Shown here piece after piece: positions 25,021 to 39,100 of a DNA stretch of 64,000 nucleotides; the stretch's first letter is position 1; every line of letters starts with the position of its first letter. The stretch comes from Octopus vulgaris (Eukaryota). The translations under genes were made by a program, and so were the position numbers. The stretch lies in assembly GCA_951406725.2 (NCBI GenBank), contig OX597822.1, forward strand, positions 22,816,001 through 22,880,000, in the 5' to 3' direction. Under the pieces are notes generated by a model. It was not told the DNA's origin. It did not search any database and was given only the letters and a program-made list of their open reading frames with translations.

Positions 25021-25067
25021 TTTAATTCATGAACCAGGAGTGCAAGCCTCCTGGTTCATGAATTAAA
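25021..25067. repeat. Perfect hairpin: 20-bp arms, 7-nt loop
   Basis: tttaattcatgaaccaggag-tgcaagc-ctcctggttcatgaattaaa. Confidence 0.95.
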
Positions 25068-25654
25068 ACTTGGTTTGCCTGCTCAGCTGCAGCAATCTTA
25101 GTCAAGGAACAAACCACCAGTATAATCAACAAGGGAGTTGAATTGCAGGACTCAAAACATGAGATGGAACAGATACTGGTCCCCGAAAGACATATTTCAC
25201 TCAATATTCAGTTTTGTCATTATATATGACTAAAGCCTTTGAAGAAACTGCTCCAGCATGGTTGCAATCCAATAACAGAAACCATTAAAAGAATTTGGTT
25301 ATGATATAATGATTTACAAATGTAATATAGCATGGAACTGGAAATGTTTTTAATTCAGGAAAGATTGAATATTTGCACTTCACATTTCATAATGCAGTTT
25401 CAATATGGCCACAGCTTTTAGGCTGAAACACATAAAAGAACACACAAACACTCTGTGAAAACATGTCCAACAATGAGGAAATATTGCTTTACTTGGAAAT
25501 AAATGAAGGCTGGTGACAGGAAGAGCATCCGGCTGTGGAAAATCTGCTTCAACAAATTGTCTGACTCATGCAAGCATGGAAAAATGGCCATTAAAACATT
25601 ATATATAGCACAACTTAAGACAATCTTTCATTAGATGCAACAGCTACTTACATA

Positions 25655-25975
25655 TTCTTTTACTTGTTTCAGTCATTTTTACTGCAGCCATGCTGGAGCA
25701 CTGCCTTTAGTTGAACAAATCAACCCCAGGATTTATTCTTCGTATGTCTCGTACTTAGTCTTTGATCTCTTTTTGCTGAACCGCTAAGTTATGGGGGACG
25801 TAAACACACAAATATATATACACAACAGGCTTCTTTCAGTTTCCGCCTATCAAATCCACTCACAAGGCTATGGTTGGCCCAAGGCCATAGTAGAAGACAC
25901 TTGTCCAAGGAGCCACACGGTGGGACTGAAACCAGAACCATGTGGTTGGGAAGCAAGCTTCTTACCACAGTCACT
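25655..25975 (-). mobile_element. SINE family B
   Basis: Reverse complement of the 21413 copy. Confidence 0.85.
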
Positions 25976-28900
25976 CTTAGTGCAGGATTTTGATACCCGT
26001 GTTGAAAACAAGTGTCTCTACTAAAGCATTGGAAGCCTCATGTGAAAGATTGGTAGGGGATGAGTAATACTATGCACTCACTAAGCATAATAATGAAGCT
26101 ATTGATGGCTTTGTGTGTAGTTCCAGGTTTGTGCTATGCAGATTGAAGATAGAGCTTCCTTGAATAGAATGTCAGTCAATCTTGAGTGAAATTCATAGAT
26201 GAACCAAGGTAATGCAGTTAGACTGAGCAGGAATCCAATGGAAGAGGTAGCTGAAATGCTACAGATGAAAGTAGACAATGATACTTAAATGGTGAAAACG
26301 TGCCGTGTGCTGACATTAGTGCTCATGGCAGAAACAGAATCATCATTGGAAGTAGCGAGGCTCATTTTCAGGATACATTTAAGCTTATACACAAGGTGAC
26401 AGGACTGGGTCAACATATCACATTGTAGATCCACATTTCACAAACTCAAGTTATCTAGCAATAGCGGTTCATGGTCATTAAGTTTGGTTCTAATCTCCAA
26501 GAAAACTGTATTTACACCATGTCTCTTGCTTTTGTTCCACCCTGTAACTCATGTTTATAACTTTCCATAGCAGCATCCCACCACCAGATGCTCCCTCTTC
26601 AGGAAAGAGAAATGCATTTTTTTTTTTTTTTTTCAAAGTGAACTGTACTAAGTTGGAACCAAAATTTGGGTGATCAAACTTCCAAGTAGCTGATCACTCA
26701 ACAGCTCAAACTAATTATACGTTGAATCTGAGAAGGATGAAATGAATAGAGTTGAAATACATAAAGTAATTACAAACTGCTGCTATGCTAGCTCTATTTT
26801 TAGGCAGCCAAACCTGGAAGTGTCCTGAGTAGCTGTGGTTTTAAGGCGCAAAAAGATGAAGCCTGTTCCTGAGGGTTAGATTAACTAGAGCATGTAGATT
26901 TCAGTACACTGTTCATACAAAAAGCTCACAATGAAACTGAATTCAAAATCTGAAATGGTCTTCTACGGCTTCAGTCAGGATGAAGGAGCTAAGTCTAGGA
27001 CATTTGTAGGTTTAGGCAGGACGGACTGACATGGTTTGATGGTCAATACAAACATCTAAAAATCCCTGACCACAAGAACTATGTGGTGAAGAGTTTCCAA
27101 AAGGGATGGATATCATTACCAGTGCACGAAGACAGAGAATGACTAACAAGGAGGCATGTACCAGCTTATTCTGAAGAGTAGATGCCAATGCAGCAATGTG
27201 CTTGTTGGTCACAAATTGACAAACCCTAACCAGTCTAATGTATGCAAACAAGAATGTATTTTGTGTGTAGCACCACATCATCCCAGATGTGGGAGTAGTA
27301 TTCCATTGTGGATTTCATGTGAGTCAGCAGTTGTTGTGAGGCTGAAGAGGAAAGAAAGTTTTTAGGATGCAGTATTTACTGTTATGAATGTGAAGGTTTT
27401 GTGTAATAACTGTGAAGTACAAGTTTCCTGAATGTGTGTGAAGCATAAATACTAGCACATCCCCATTGGAGATTAGTTCCGAGGTCCATGTTCACGGAGA
27501 CCGCACTGTTTGCTGTTGAGGTGTCTTATGTTTACATGTGTATGATGGGCGAGTGTGGAAGGTGAAAGAATGAGGAGTGATATCACCTGCACTGCACAGA
27601 GTCATGTTACCGGTTTATTCATATTCAGAAACAGAGCCACATTTACACATGCAGCCATTTGGCAGGATGTTTCTTACCCAAGAGATGAAACACACACGTG
27701 TGCACTTTAACTGGGTTTTTGCACCAGAGGCTGTTAAAAACTTTACCAATGTCATGCTCAATCAAATCACTTCCAGCAAATTTCTGAAAGACAGGGGACC
27801 AATGATGAGCAGGTCCCCAAAAGTCCTAGCCATATGGAAGCTGTAGTTAAGATTACCAAGGAGAAAGGACTTAAGTATTCAAACAATAGGGTAATGTTAG
27901 CAGAGATAGAAAGCAAGCTGTAGAAAGATTTGCACAGCAACTGTTCAGTCCTGCCCATCTTCCATTTTTCCTATATGCATGGAAAGATTGAAGAGTTTGG
28001 CGAGGATAAGGAGTGCAGTTTGAGGGTAATAGAAAACATTATCATAATGTGTGTAATAGTGGAGAAACTGGGGAAATGAAGTAGGTTTTGCTAAGTGTGT
28101 GCAAATTGAGCAGCAAACATGTTTCTTCCGAGAGAGTACTAGTTACTGAGCTGTCAAGAGTTAAAGGGCGGTGGAAATTCTTTTGCCAAGGGACTAAAAG
28201 GACTTGTTGCAATTTGGGAAGCAGGAGTGCTTGCACAAAGTTGTCATTTGCTTTATGAAAAGTGGCAGGTAAAAGCCACACAGATGGTAAAGAGGGATGA
28301 GCTTTGTCCAGAGATGTTGTCGACAGTGTTCTTAGAGTGAATGGGGAAACACAGCTATATTTGAAACATCTAGGGCACATGAAAAAGCAAGTCCAAGAGG
28401 ATGGCGTTGTTCATTTGCTTGACTAACTTTTGGTCCAAGAGAAAAGAGCAAACATATTCGCACAATCCTTTTACTAGACTTGACATCCAACTGGTCATAT
28501 TCAACAGCACTCGTTTCCTCTAGGGTGTAGCTGTTATTTTATAGACCCCTGAAGGATGAAAAGAACAGACCTGACAATTTTAATGTTATAACTACAAAAC
28601 ATGAGCCATGTTGTCCAATGGTCTACCAATTCTACTCTATTAAATGACAAATTCAAAATTTACAGCTAATGCACAGATCATGTATCCCATATGAGTAAAC
28701 TAGACGCAAAATATATCATACATATCAGATATAAATTACAAATAAGAGTTTATCTATATCATATATATATATATTGTATTTTCATAGTATACTCTATGTA
28801 TAGGCATGGATGTGTAGTTAAGAAGTTCACACTGCAACGAAAGTGTTCCTGGTTCGATCCTACTGCTTAGCATCATGAGCAAATGTTTACTGTAGCCATG

Positions 28901-31748
28901 AGCCAAATGACTAAAAAGGTTGAAACAACAAAGAGCTAGTTTCATAATAGAGTGAGCTGTGTCTTCTACTTGCCTTTGATATTTGCAAACTGTTTGAAAA
29001 TCAAGTAACTGCTCATACCAGGAGTCTTATTTGTTTACATTAAGAAAATATGTTCAATCACCGAGTTGTTTGTTGTTCAAAGGACAAGAAGTAGTATCTT
29101 GCTTGGAAACGGTTGAGATTACTACGGGAAGACCATCTAGTCACAGAAAAAAATGCCTCAATAAGTTTCATCTGACCATTTATGTGTGTATGTTACTGTC
29201 TCCTTGCTGTGACATTATCCCATGTCATGAATGCAGTATACTGCATTTCCAATCATCCATGAAAACAGGTGGCAACAAGAAGTGTACCCAAGCATTGAAA
29301 AACATTTGCTTCAACAAATTCAGTCCGGTCCATGAAAAAAGAAAATGCTAAAACGAGGATTTTGATACATACACATATACATTGTGGCAGTGTGGTTAAG
29401 AAGCTATACCATACACAAAAACTGCATGGAAGTCATGCATGTATGAGCCTTCACATCCACACTGCAATATATATATACACATATATCCTTAGCATCTTCT
29501 TATTAATTCTAATATACACAACTCTGCTTCATCTAAGGCTTTTCTACAAGCTGTCTTGTTTATTTCTGTCTCCTGAGACTGGTCCTATTATTTACTGGTA
29601 AAGAGATCATAATAAACTTTGGTGCCTGCCTTTGCTGTGAAATAAAGGATTCCATACAAATGTTCCAAAAATGACAGTCACTTCACTACAGAAATTGATT
29701 TGTATGGTCAGCAATAAGCTTTAGCAAGAAATAAAACCTCAAGTGTTTTAGTACTTCGAGGTTTCCATAGCAGCCAATTATAACAGTTGAATCTCTCAAA
29801 AAATGCCAAGATGAAGTCTATGTTGTTGGTGAAATATATTTAAAAGTTTGTAACCGGAAACAGTTTTGAGCAAACCGGATACATTGCAGGTTCATGTCTT
29901 GTTGTTCTGATCCAAGCTGGTGAAATACATGAATCTTCTTGCAACATAGTGATACTAAATCCAAAGTAGCTTTTCTTTTATAATTTTGTTTAATCATTTC
30001 TGGTTAACATATTGGTTCATCCATTAAGTTTTGTTGAGCTGGGATCAAGAATAAAAGTTGAATGCTTCCTTTGCAGCTAGTAGTATTTTCGTTGTTCCTT
30101 TCATTTGTAAACCTTGCAACATTGAAATATGTAACTGTCCAAAGTAATAATAATAGTAATAGTAATAATATTCATCTGCATTAAGTTAAGAATCCTGAAA
30201 CTTGCAGAAACAGTCAGTGACACCACAGTTTTCATATTCTTTGTTGTAACTGTTCTTATTTGTTCCAACATTTTTTTTAATCTGTCAGTTTCAAACCTTC
30301 CTCACAAGATTCTTTTTCCCCTTAACCTCTCTGCCATTTGTATTCACTCAAGGAATATTTTCAGTTAGAGAAATCAATGTGTGTGGTTGAAAAATAAAAA
30401 TTATTTCATTTTAAATGTGGAATGGTGTTTCAGGGGATATAACTCCAAACTAAACAGTTTTCTTTTCGTTTCTAGGCACACATTAGTTCCATTATTCTAT
30501 TTCATATGCAAATGAAATAAAATCCAACATCAAATACATGGTAGTTCAACAGTATTCATCAATGTGTGACTAGCTCTGACTTCAAGGGAGGGGAAACAGG
30601 AAATGTGAATTTCATGCATATTTTTTAAAAAGACCATTAGTAATGGGAGCAAAAAGAAACACAGGGAATCCAGATTTAATTTGCCAAGAGCTTACCTCAA
30701 CAGAACTTACAAACCATTATTTATTAACATGAAAAGTCAGAAAACCCCAAATGCAAAGCCAAGCAGAAAACTTTTTTCTTCCCTTCTTATGACAGCTATG
30801 ATTATCTACTTTGCAATTGGTATGTTAACAAATGATCTTGTAATGTGTGCATACATGTATTTTATACACACACACACACGAACACAGGCACACACATTGA
30901 AAATTCAATCAGTTTTACCACAACCTATATAATCCAATCCTTATGGCTCTCTTCCTCAATCGTATACATTTAAAACAAAGAATGTCTTTTTGTACCAGTG
31001 TACTTTTTAAAGATATTTATAGTATACAGTCAACTGCAAAAATATAGGAATATTTAGTATATTTAAGCTTCTTGGTATACGAGTTTGGTTAAATTTCTTC
31101 ATAAAGAGAAAAATGCATGGTCTGATTTGAAAGTAAGAAATTTTCCAGTAAGACTTCAAAAATGAAATTGGAGTATTACAGGTAAGGTTTTCTCGTTAAA
31201 TAAAAACTGTGGAATGAAATCTTCACCACACAAAACCACAAATGCAATGAAGGCAAGACAAAAATATTGACGTTTGAACTTCCAAAATATATCTTTGTAC
31301 CAGCTCTCTTGATTTATATCCCTAGTCAATTAATTTTCTATCTCAGTTAAGATATGCTTCATTTTTTTCCAGGGGTCACCTCTAATGCAGCTACATTTTT
31401 GCACTGACTCAAATAGACTTACATTGTAATTACAAATACAAGTCCATATCACTTTCTTTATTTGAACCTATACTTTTAGATTTACTCTTAAAGTTGACAT
31501 TTTCCACATAGCCTTCAAACTTTTGTTAGTCTGTCGTGTTTAGGTTAAAGATTATTTTACTTAAAACAAAACTCTCATGTTAGCAATGAAAGCCAGTATG
31601 TAGCAATGATCACTCGGAGACAAAGAGAGGAAGATAAAAAAAAACTTTTGTGCGCGCATAACACTCACCAACACGAAGAAAATACAGCCACAATCAAATG
31701 CAATAAACTACAAAATCTCTCTGTATAAAACAGACTCACATAACATTG

Positions 31749-31832
31749 GTCACTGAGACATATCAATGTATAATGGACAATTCATCATCATCATAATGAA
31801 TTGTCAATTGTACATTGATATGTCTCAGTGAC
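31749..31832. ncRNA. pri-miRNA-shaped hairpin: 37-bp stem with 2 imperfect pairs and a 10-nt loop (candidate only)
   Basis: gtcactgagacatatcaatgtataatggacaattcat-catcatcata-atgaattgtcaattgtacattgatatgtctcagtgac. The hairpin itself is certain; its identity as an RNA gene is not. Confidence 0.35.
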
Positions 31833-34800
31833 AATTACATACCAAAACACACTAACACTGGTAACACAATCACACCACTACAAGCACCATTCTAAAATAA
31901 TTCTCTTCCAATCAAGAGCACATGCACACTGAGTTCAACTTGCTGGTTTTACTGCAATCACCATAAAAATGAAAATGAACAGCACATATTTAAATTGCAA
32001 CACTGTGCAATGTGGTTTTAGACGAAATGAAACAACTTATTCGATACATCAATACAACATGTTTGTTTGGCTGGCATCGGGAGCCAACTCAAACAGTTGA
32101 AGAGGATTTATCAATAAATTGCATGAATGTTAAGACTTAGAACAATGATGTTGAACAAACTGCATTAAATCTTATTCAGACAGCTACTTTGAAACACAAG
32201 TAAACAATTGAACATTTACTTCTTCACATCAATTAAACCAAAAGTTTTAGCATTCATCACAATTAAATCACTGGTATTACAGAATATTGATAGAATATCA
32301 CTTTAAAAAATTGCAGTCTTTACAAACTTTATCAGAGGCACTGTTTTGTCTTTAAAACACTGTTAGGATATTTAACCAGGATAATCCAGTTGATGTTTCT
32401 TAGGAGATTACAGCCTGTGGAGATCTTAGATATAATAAATTGAAGTAGATGTTCTTGGGTAGTTGTGATGAAATAAATGTATATCAGTACCCCAAGGATA
32501 TTGAGTGCGGTTGATTCAAGTCATTCCCCCTGCTTTATAACCACAATCCTATCATTATTTGCACAATGGCTAAGAACTTGAAATATGCGATAGGAATTGG
32601 AGAATTTTTCTCCATACAGCAATGCAGATGATAAATGATGAGGCCATGGGCAAATATATTTTTAAAATGCACCATCTTTCTATCTTAGTACTGCATGTAA
32701 CAATGATGACCATGTGTATGTTACCAGTTACCATTATTATGAAAGCAAGATTTATGCTTTCAATACTTCAGAAAAATCCCTCAAGATCATCAACACTTGC
32801 TGTTTAAAAGAAAATGTTCATTCACAAATTCTTTGTAAGAGTACCATCTAGAATCAATTTGCTATTATTTCTTTAAGAGTTGTTCTTTAAGGTAGCATAA
32901 TTAGGTAAAAATATAAATCGAGTGATGTTCTTTGTTTTTACTATTTCCCCATATAACAAATTTCTTGATTCATTACTGAATACAGTAATTTTTTTGTCAT
33001 CCACTCTCAAAAAAAAAAAAAAAAAAATACAAGCAACTTATTGCCGCATTTTAAAACATCTCTTGATGCTATTAATTTTCAACTGTTTCTCTATGTAAGA
33101 TTTCCATGAATCTTGGCCTGGCAGGGATGCTGCTTTCCAACAGTGCAAATCTACTTTCACTGTTAAAACCCTTCCTTAATAAACTGAGTGGGTAGCAAGA
33201 ACTGCTTTAAATTTCCTGCTATTATTTTTCTTAGTCTCTCTTTCACCTAAAGTGTTCTGGGAAAACAATCAGTGCACAAACTGGAGCTTTTCGCTCTGGT
33301 AGCCTACCAACTCCAGTACCTTTTTCTTATTTGAACATTCTGAAAAATATCATAAACTTCTTTGGCTTTCCACTGACTGTTTTAGTTATGAAAACTAGAG
33401 TGTGTGCATATCAGAGTTTTCAAATACTAATCAACAAGGGAATCTGCCTCAAGGGTTTTAAGAATTAAAACAGAAAGTAAAATGGTTTATGACAGAGCTT
33501 AGATGACCACTTACCTGTAACACTAAATCATCACACATTGCAGCTGTTCACTTGAAGCTTTGCTTCAAATTAGAAGAAAAATGCCTGTGTATATAATTTT
33601 AAATATAAGCTGAATTAACACTTAAGATGTTAGCTGTTTTCTCTATATGAGAACTAGAATTAGCAGAGTTGTTAGAGCATTGACTACAGTGCCTTGTGGT
33701 ATTCATTCTCACCGCTGGGTCCAAATTGTGCTGGAGTCAATTTTGCCTTTTTATTTTTTTTTTACAGGGTTGATCAAGTACCAGTTGAGGGCAGTGGACA
33801 GGTGCAATTGTTAGAACAATGGGACAAGATGCTTTGCATATCAGTGCATTCCAAGTTTCAATCCCACTTCCTATCAGGGAGTTGCAACTTAGTAGTATCA
33901 GCAATGGAAAATCCAATGGAAATAAAAAATTTCCTTGGTCTAATCAGCAAAACAGCAATGATGCCATTTAATAAAACTATAATATATGCAATATAATCTC
34001 TGCTTTCAACAAACTGGAAACGCACAGATTCAGTTGTCACAAAGTAAGCAACATCAGATACCTGTTTGAAAGATCTACAAAACTTGATCATCAGACAGAT
34101 CAGCAAAATGAGATATTTTGTCTCTGTAATTAATTCAATGTATTTAGAAAGGAATGTTATAAAAATATATAAAGACTGAGAATAATTATATTTCCTCTTA
34201 TATACGAGTTGTAATGGACCGACATTAATTAGAATATTAAATAATACAATTATTTAATATTTTAATCAATTTCAGTAATAATATATTAAAATACATTATT
34301 ACTGAAGCAATTGCTTGATGTTTTGCTCACAGCTGGGTGCTTTTTTTTTTCTTTTTGCAGAGAATCTGACAATGGAACAGGAATGGTATCTGCTTTAAAG
34401 TTATGTAAACCAAAGCAAAATGTATTATAACTAACACTCAGAGTGTTGTAATTTATTTTTTGCCATTTAAGTTGCTTTCATATTACCCCATTACTAAACA
34501 AGAATTACATATCCTTCATTCTTCTCTAACTTCAGCACTTGCAGCATTAATGTCTTAATTTAATTACTGAAATACTATTCACTGCCCAAATGATCCTTGT
34601 TAAACACTACATGCATACAAGACAAGATTATTCTAAAATATTCAGAGAATGAGAATTCAACTGGAAGTGTTGCAATATATTGGCAAAGCTTTGAACTGGT
34701 TATCCCCACCACCACCACCACCATAAAAAAACCTGACATCTTTAAACTATACCTGTATGGTTTTAAATCTGAGGAAGTATAATGTACATATCGTTACATC

Positions 34801-35840
34801 AGTTAATATAGATGATTTGAATTCTTGTAATGAATACAGAAACTAGTTCTGTACCAAAGCAGATTTAAATCTGCAGAGAAAGTATTTTCTCATATTTTCA
34901 TATTAATAAAATGAAATTTTAAACCATTAAGTTATGGTGAACCAACTATAATTTTCTGTAGCAAACATAAATAGTTGCATGGTTTCAGTGCTAAGCATTG
35001 GTAATCTTTATTTGGTACAATATTAATCTCTACAATGAAGCAGTTAAACTATGTTAAACCAACTAAATGAAGACTAATTGTTGCTTTTTCTTTTGTTAGT
35101 ATACTGTCCATAGAGCACACTTTCTATTTTGCTAATAAAAAGCTAAGGAGTAAACAATACTAGAGTCAATACCTAGTGACAAGTTAAATTTTAAAATCTT
35201 TCTTAGTCATACATATACTTTTTCTAAGAAACTATTTGCTTCAAACATTTGTACCAATATAAAATATTCCATATTTTGGTGCCATAAGAAAATATAGAAT
35301 CTGTCAAATGAGGTAAGTCAAGTATCTTTCATATTTATGAATATTGGATTTCTTTAGCTGATAGAGGACTAGGGTTCAGGAAAAAGTTTAGAGGAAGAAT
35401 TAAGACAGGCATTAATACTGTCAATCTTTTATCAGGTCTTTTCTATTCTATAAGAGTCACTTCACTTTCCACTTATGCTTGGTCAAATCTAAAGACTTAT
35501 TAACTTGATTTAATCATAAAATTAAGATTTGTTTCTTTGTAAAATAAAGCACACTCATATAAACACACTGTAAGGATGTAAACAAAGTGAGATTCTTCTC
35601 ACTACTTTCTCTCATCATTCTAGCTCACTTTTGTAGATTTTTCAAATATTAAGCAAGCTACGATATACCAAAGACTAAAAGCATATATTTCAATCATATA
35701 CAGCCTGTACAGAATAATGTAAACATTACCAAGACATATATTATGTCAAATATACAGATTTTTATCTCAGTACTGTTGAGAAATTTACAACAGTACACAG
35801 CCCCATACACCTAGTTTGTTGTCAATTATTAACAGAATAT

Positions 35841-36050
35841 AAGGCGGTGAGCTGGCAGAAATGTTAGCACGCTGGGCGAAATGCTTAGCAATATTTCATC
35901 TGTCTTTACATTCTGAGTTCAAATTCCTCCAAGGTTAACTTTGCTTTTCATCCTTTCAGGATTAATTAAGTACCAGTTGCATACGAGGGTTGATTTAATC
36001 GACTGGTCCCCTCCCCAAAAATTTCGGGCCTTGTGCCTAGAGTAGAAAAT
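35841..36050 (+). mobile_element. SINE family A with a 17-bp target-site duplication
   Basis: AATTATTAACAGAATAT at 35824-35840 and 36051-36067 flanks a full-length copy. Confidence 0.92.
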
Positions 36051-36119
36051 AATTATTAACAGAATATTTGATCAAGAACTTATTTATGCTCACTCCATCG
36101 TGACATAGCTGATGAAATT

Positions 36120-36148
36120 AAATGAAATCTAAGGCTTAGATTTCATTT
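36120..36148. repeat. Perfect palindrome: 14-bp arms, 1-nt spacer
   Basis: aaatgaaatctaag-g-cttagatttcattt. Confidence 0.9.
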
Positions 36149-39100
36149 CCCCAACCAATTTCTAAACCTTAAGTTTTAACTGAAATTATTTTTATTTATT
36201 GTTCATTTTTGTTATTCTAATGAAGAGGTATCTTATATTTGACTTGTTCTCTTACTGATGCCAGTATTTCAATGTAAAAAAAAATTAAACCTTATTTTCT
36301 CATGTCATTCTTATTGACAGAAAGTATATTACCAATACTTGCATTAATTTAACTTTTCTAATAAGTACTTTTCTTCCCTTGGTAATCAATAATGCTAAAT
36401 AATAAAATGAAGTTAGGAAACAAACTAAAAAGAAGAAAAAAAAGAATGAAGCAATTATTAAAATAAACAGTTATGTTTTTTAATAGTGTGAAATCCTGTG
36501 CAAAACTGTTCCAAGCTTAGCAAGTAGGAAGAAATCTTTTAGTTAGTGTTTTATGTTTAATAGACTAATACTTGACAAACTGTGACTATAGTATTAGTTT
36601 ATACAGTTTTAAAATTGCACTGTTAATACTTATGTCATCTTTATAAAGCAAGAAATTGGTATTTTGGAAATTTCAGTTTTCCAAGAAAATCTAATTGCTT
36701 TCAGAGAGATAAGTGTAATCTATGACCAACTATATTAAAGAATGAGTCTGAATCTTTATTTCTATTTTAGAAGTTAGTGTCTAAGTGTTATCTAAAATTT
36801 TAAATTCCATACCATTAGACCTTAATTTTGGATAAAACACTATGAGCCTGTTTGTCTGTAACACATAAAACAAATCTAATGTGACTATTTATTCTAATGG
36901 TAATCTCCTTGGGTTCTTTCTCAACTGCTATTTCTAGGGACATGCAGACAGAAATGATGTTTGTCAGAGAAGTAGATGTTATAGGATGTAGAATTAAATC
37001 TTTCTTCTAAATGTTTCTTCTACAGCCTTTGCAAAGTGACAAAATCCTTGATTGCCTTGATTAAACAACAGCTATTGCAGCCCAAATATTGGTTGGCAAG
37101 AAATACATCCACATAACAGCATGGGCATGTGGTTTAAGAGGTTCGCTCCAGAATTTGGTAGATGGAAATTATGAGAAAATCCACAGACAAATACACGAGG
37201 GCTTCACTGAAGAAACTGAAAAACAAGTGCTCCTGCAATATTTTTTCCACACCAAGTAACAGAGAATTCCTTGTCACTCTTGCCATACAGTGAACCAGTG
37301 ATTGGTCCTTCTGGAAACCTGTAACCAACACTCTTGTTCACAAAAATGTGATATAGTTGGATGTACCCGAACACAGAGAGTTGAAGTACATTCAACTATG
37401 AGAGTAATCTCGGTTCAACAAATAGTTGGTTCTCTCTATTGGTTTGAATTGGACAAACCTGTAACACACCAGCTGTTCATCTGTATTCCATCTTAAATTT
37501 GAATCTTAATCATCTAACCTTACTGTAAATCATTTGTGAACATCTATCAATCCATGATACATTACACCCAGAATACAGCAATTATTTTACAATAGTTATC
37601 CATATTGATGTAGTAGATTCTTCTGTAGATAGAGGCTGCTAATGCCCTTGATGCTCAACTACTTCAACAAATTTTTGCTCAATTTGTCCTTTAGGTATTT
37701 TTTTATGCTGACCATATTTTTCAAGAAAACCTCAAAATGCATTTGGAAATTGTGAACTGAAAATACCCAATTTAACAGCAAGTTATACTAAGAAAATGAT
37801 CAGTCTGTTCAATTGACAGAACTGACTCCTTTTCCATAACCGCACAGCCTAAGGAAGAATGAAGACAAAGGTGAGTCCAAGTGGAATGTAAAGCTTCACA
37901 CTGAACAGTGTAAAATTTTAAACCATGTGCTCATTTTCACTAACTCTATCAACATCTTCCATAGGTATAAGTTTCTTTTTCTTGTAAGGGAAGAGGGAGC
38001 TATAGTTCAAGGAAATAAAAATACCATTGCTTGCAGAAAATGCTTAGTCAACAGTGATATCTTTAGATTTAAATCCAAGAAATCAGTATTAAGTTTTGAA
38101 GAACCATATTCATTTTTTTTTTTTTTTCAAAAAGATTTTAAGAAAGGTGACTTTACTTCTTAAAAGCATAGAGGACTGGATGGGTCTTATGCACTTAGTT
38201 ACTCACCATATAGCATTGCTTTCAGTGTAAAGAAAGCTTCTATACAGTAACCATAAGTAACTAAAATTAATACGGAATAAAATTGAATACAGTCAAATTT
38301 TTCATATTCTTAGAAAGAATATTTTGTAAAAAAAAAAAATCCTTCGAGTCACTATCATAGAAATTATCTATTAACTACACAGTGAAAGGAATGCTTGAGT
38401 TTAATTCTGAAGATTGCAACAAGAACTATCTACAATCCAAATATTCAGTGAAGTCTTGTTACAGAAAAATAACAGTAAAATTCCTTTTTAAATGCAAAGT
38501 TCACTGTTGTTGCAGAATTTATTTTAATTTATTTCCACAATAAATATCTTAACAGCTTGTAAGTTTTTGGGGGTGGATTGGGGGCGGGGGGGGAAAGAAA
38601 AAATCTTACCAACTTTTTTTTTTTAAACTGAATTAGATAGTACTAGTAAATCTAGCACTGGTATTTGTATAAAATAATCTCTTAGCAAAAATATATAAAA
38701 ACAAACAACTAAGTTTTGTTATTAGGCCTCGGAAGTAACAAAATAAGGGAATGGAAGCATATAAAAATCAAAAGGGTGGTTGACACTTACCAATTCTGTT
38801 AGACCTCTGTTTCTTTCAAAAATCTCAAAAGAATTACAGTTCATATATTTGTTCCAAAATAATATTTATGATCTTGCCTTGTTCAAACTAAGGAAATTTC
38901 ATAAACAATGAAGTTTCCCCATTTTCATATTTGATGTCTCTCTCTTTTTTTTTTCTCCTCTGTAAATACTGAGTTCTTTCCTCAATATCAAACTCTGAAA
39001 TGACCAACTTGTACATCTTTCTCTTCGTCGAAAACTGATATTCAAAATTTATCATGTCCATTGATGAGCTAAGAGTTGGCATTAAAATTCTGAAGGGAAT

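Noticed and set aside
26050-28500. Slightly GC-richer stretch with several 60-110-aa ORFs
   Set aside because: No coherent reading frame or splice structure. It is probably an ancient decayed retroelement, but the motifs are too weak to call.
29650-30100. Possible minus-strand Tc1/mariner transposase trace
   Set aside because: Only a vague resemblance, with no recognisable catalytic motif.
38568-38593. G-rich run as a G-quadruplex
   Set aside because: Short homopolymer-type tract; similar poly-G/C runs occur at 42765, 57396 and 60351 without any supporting context.
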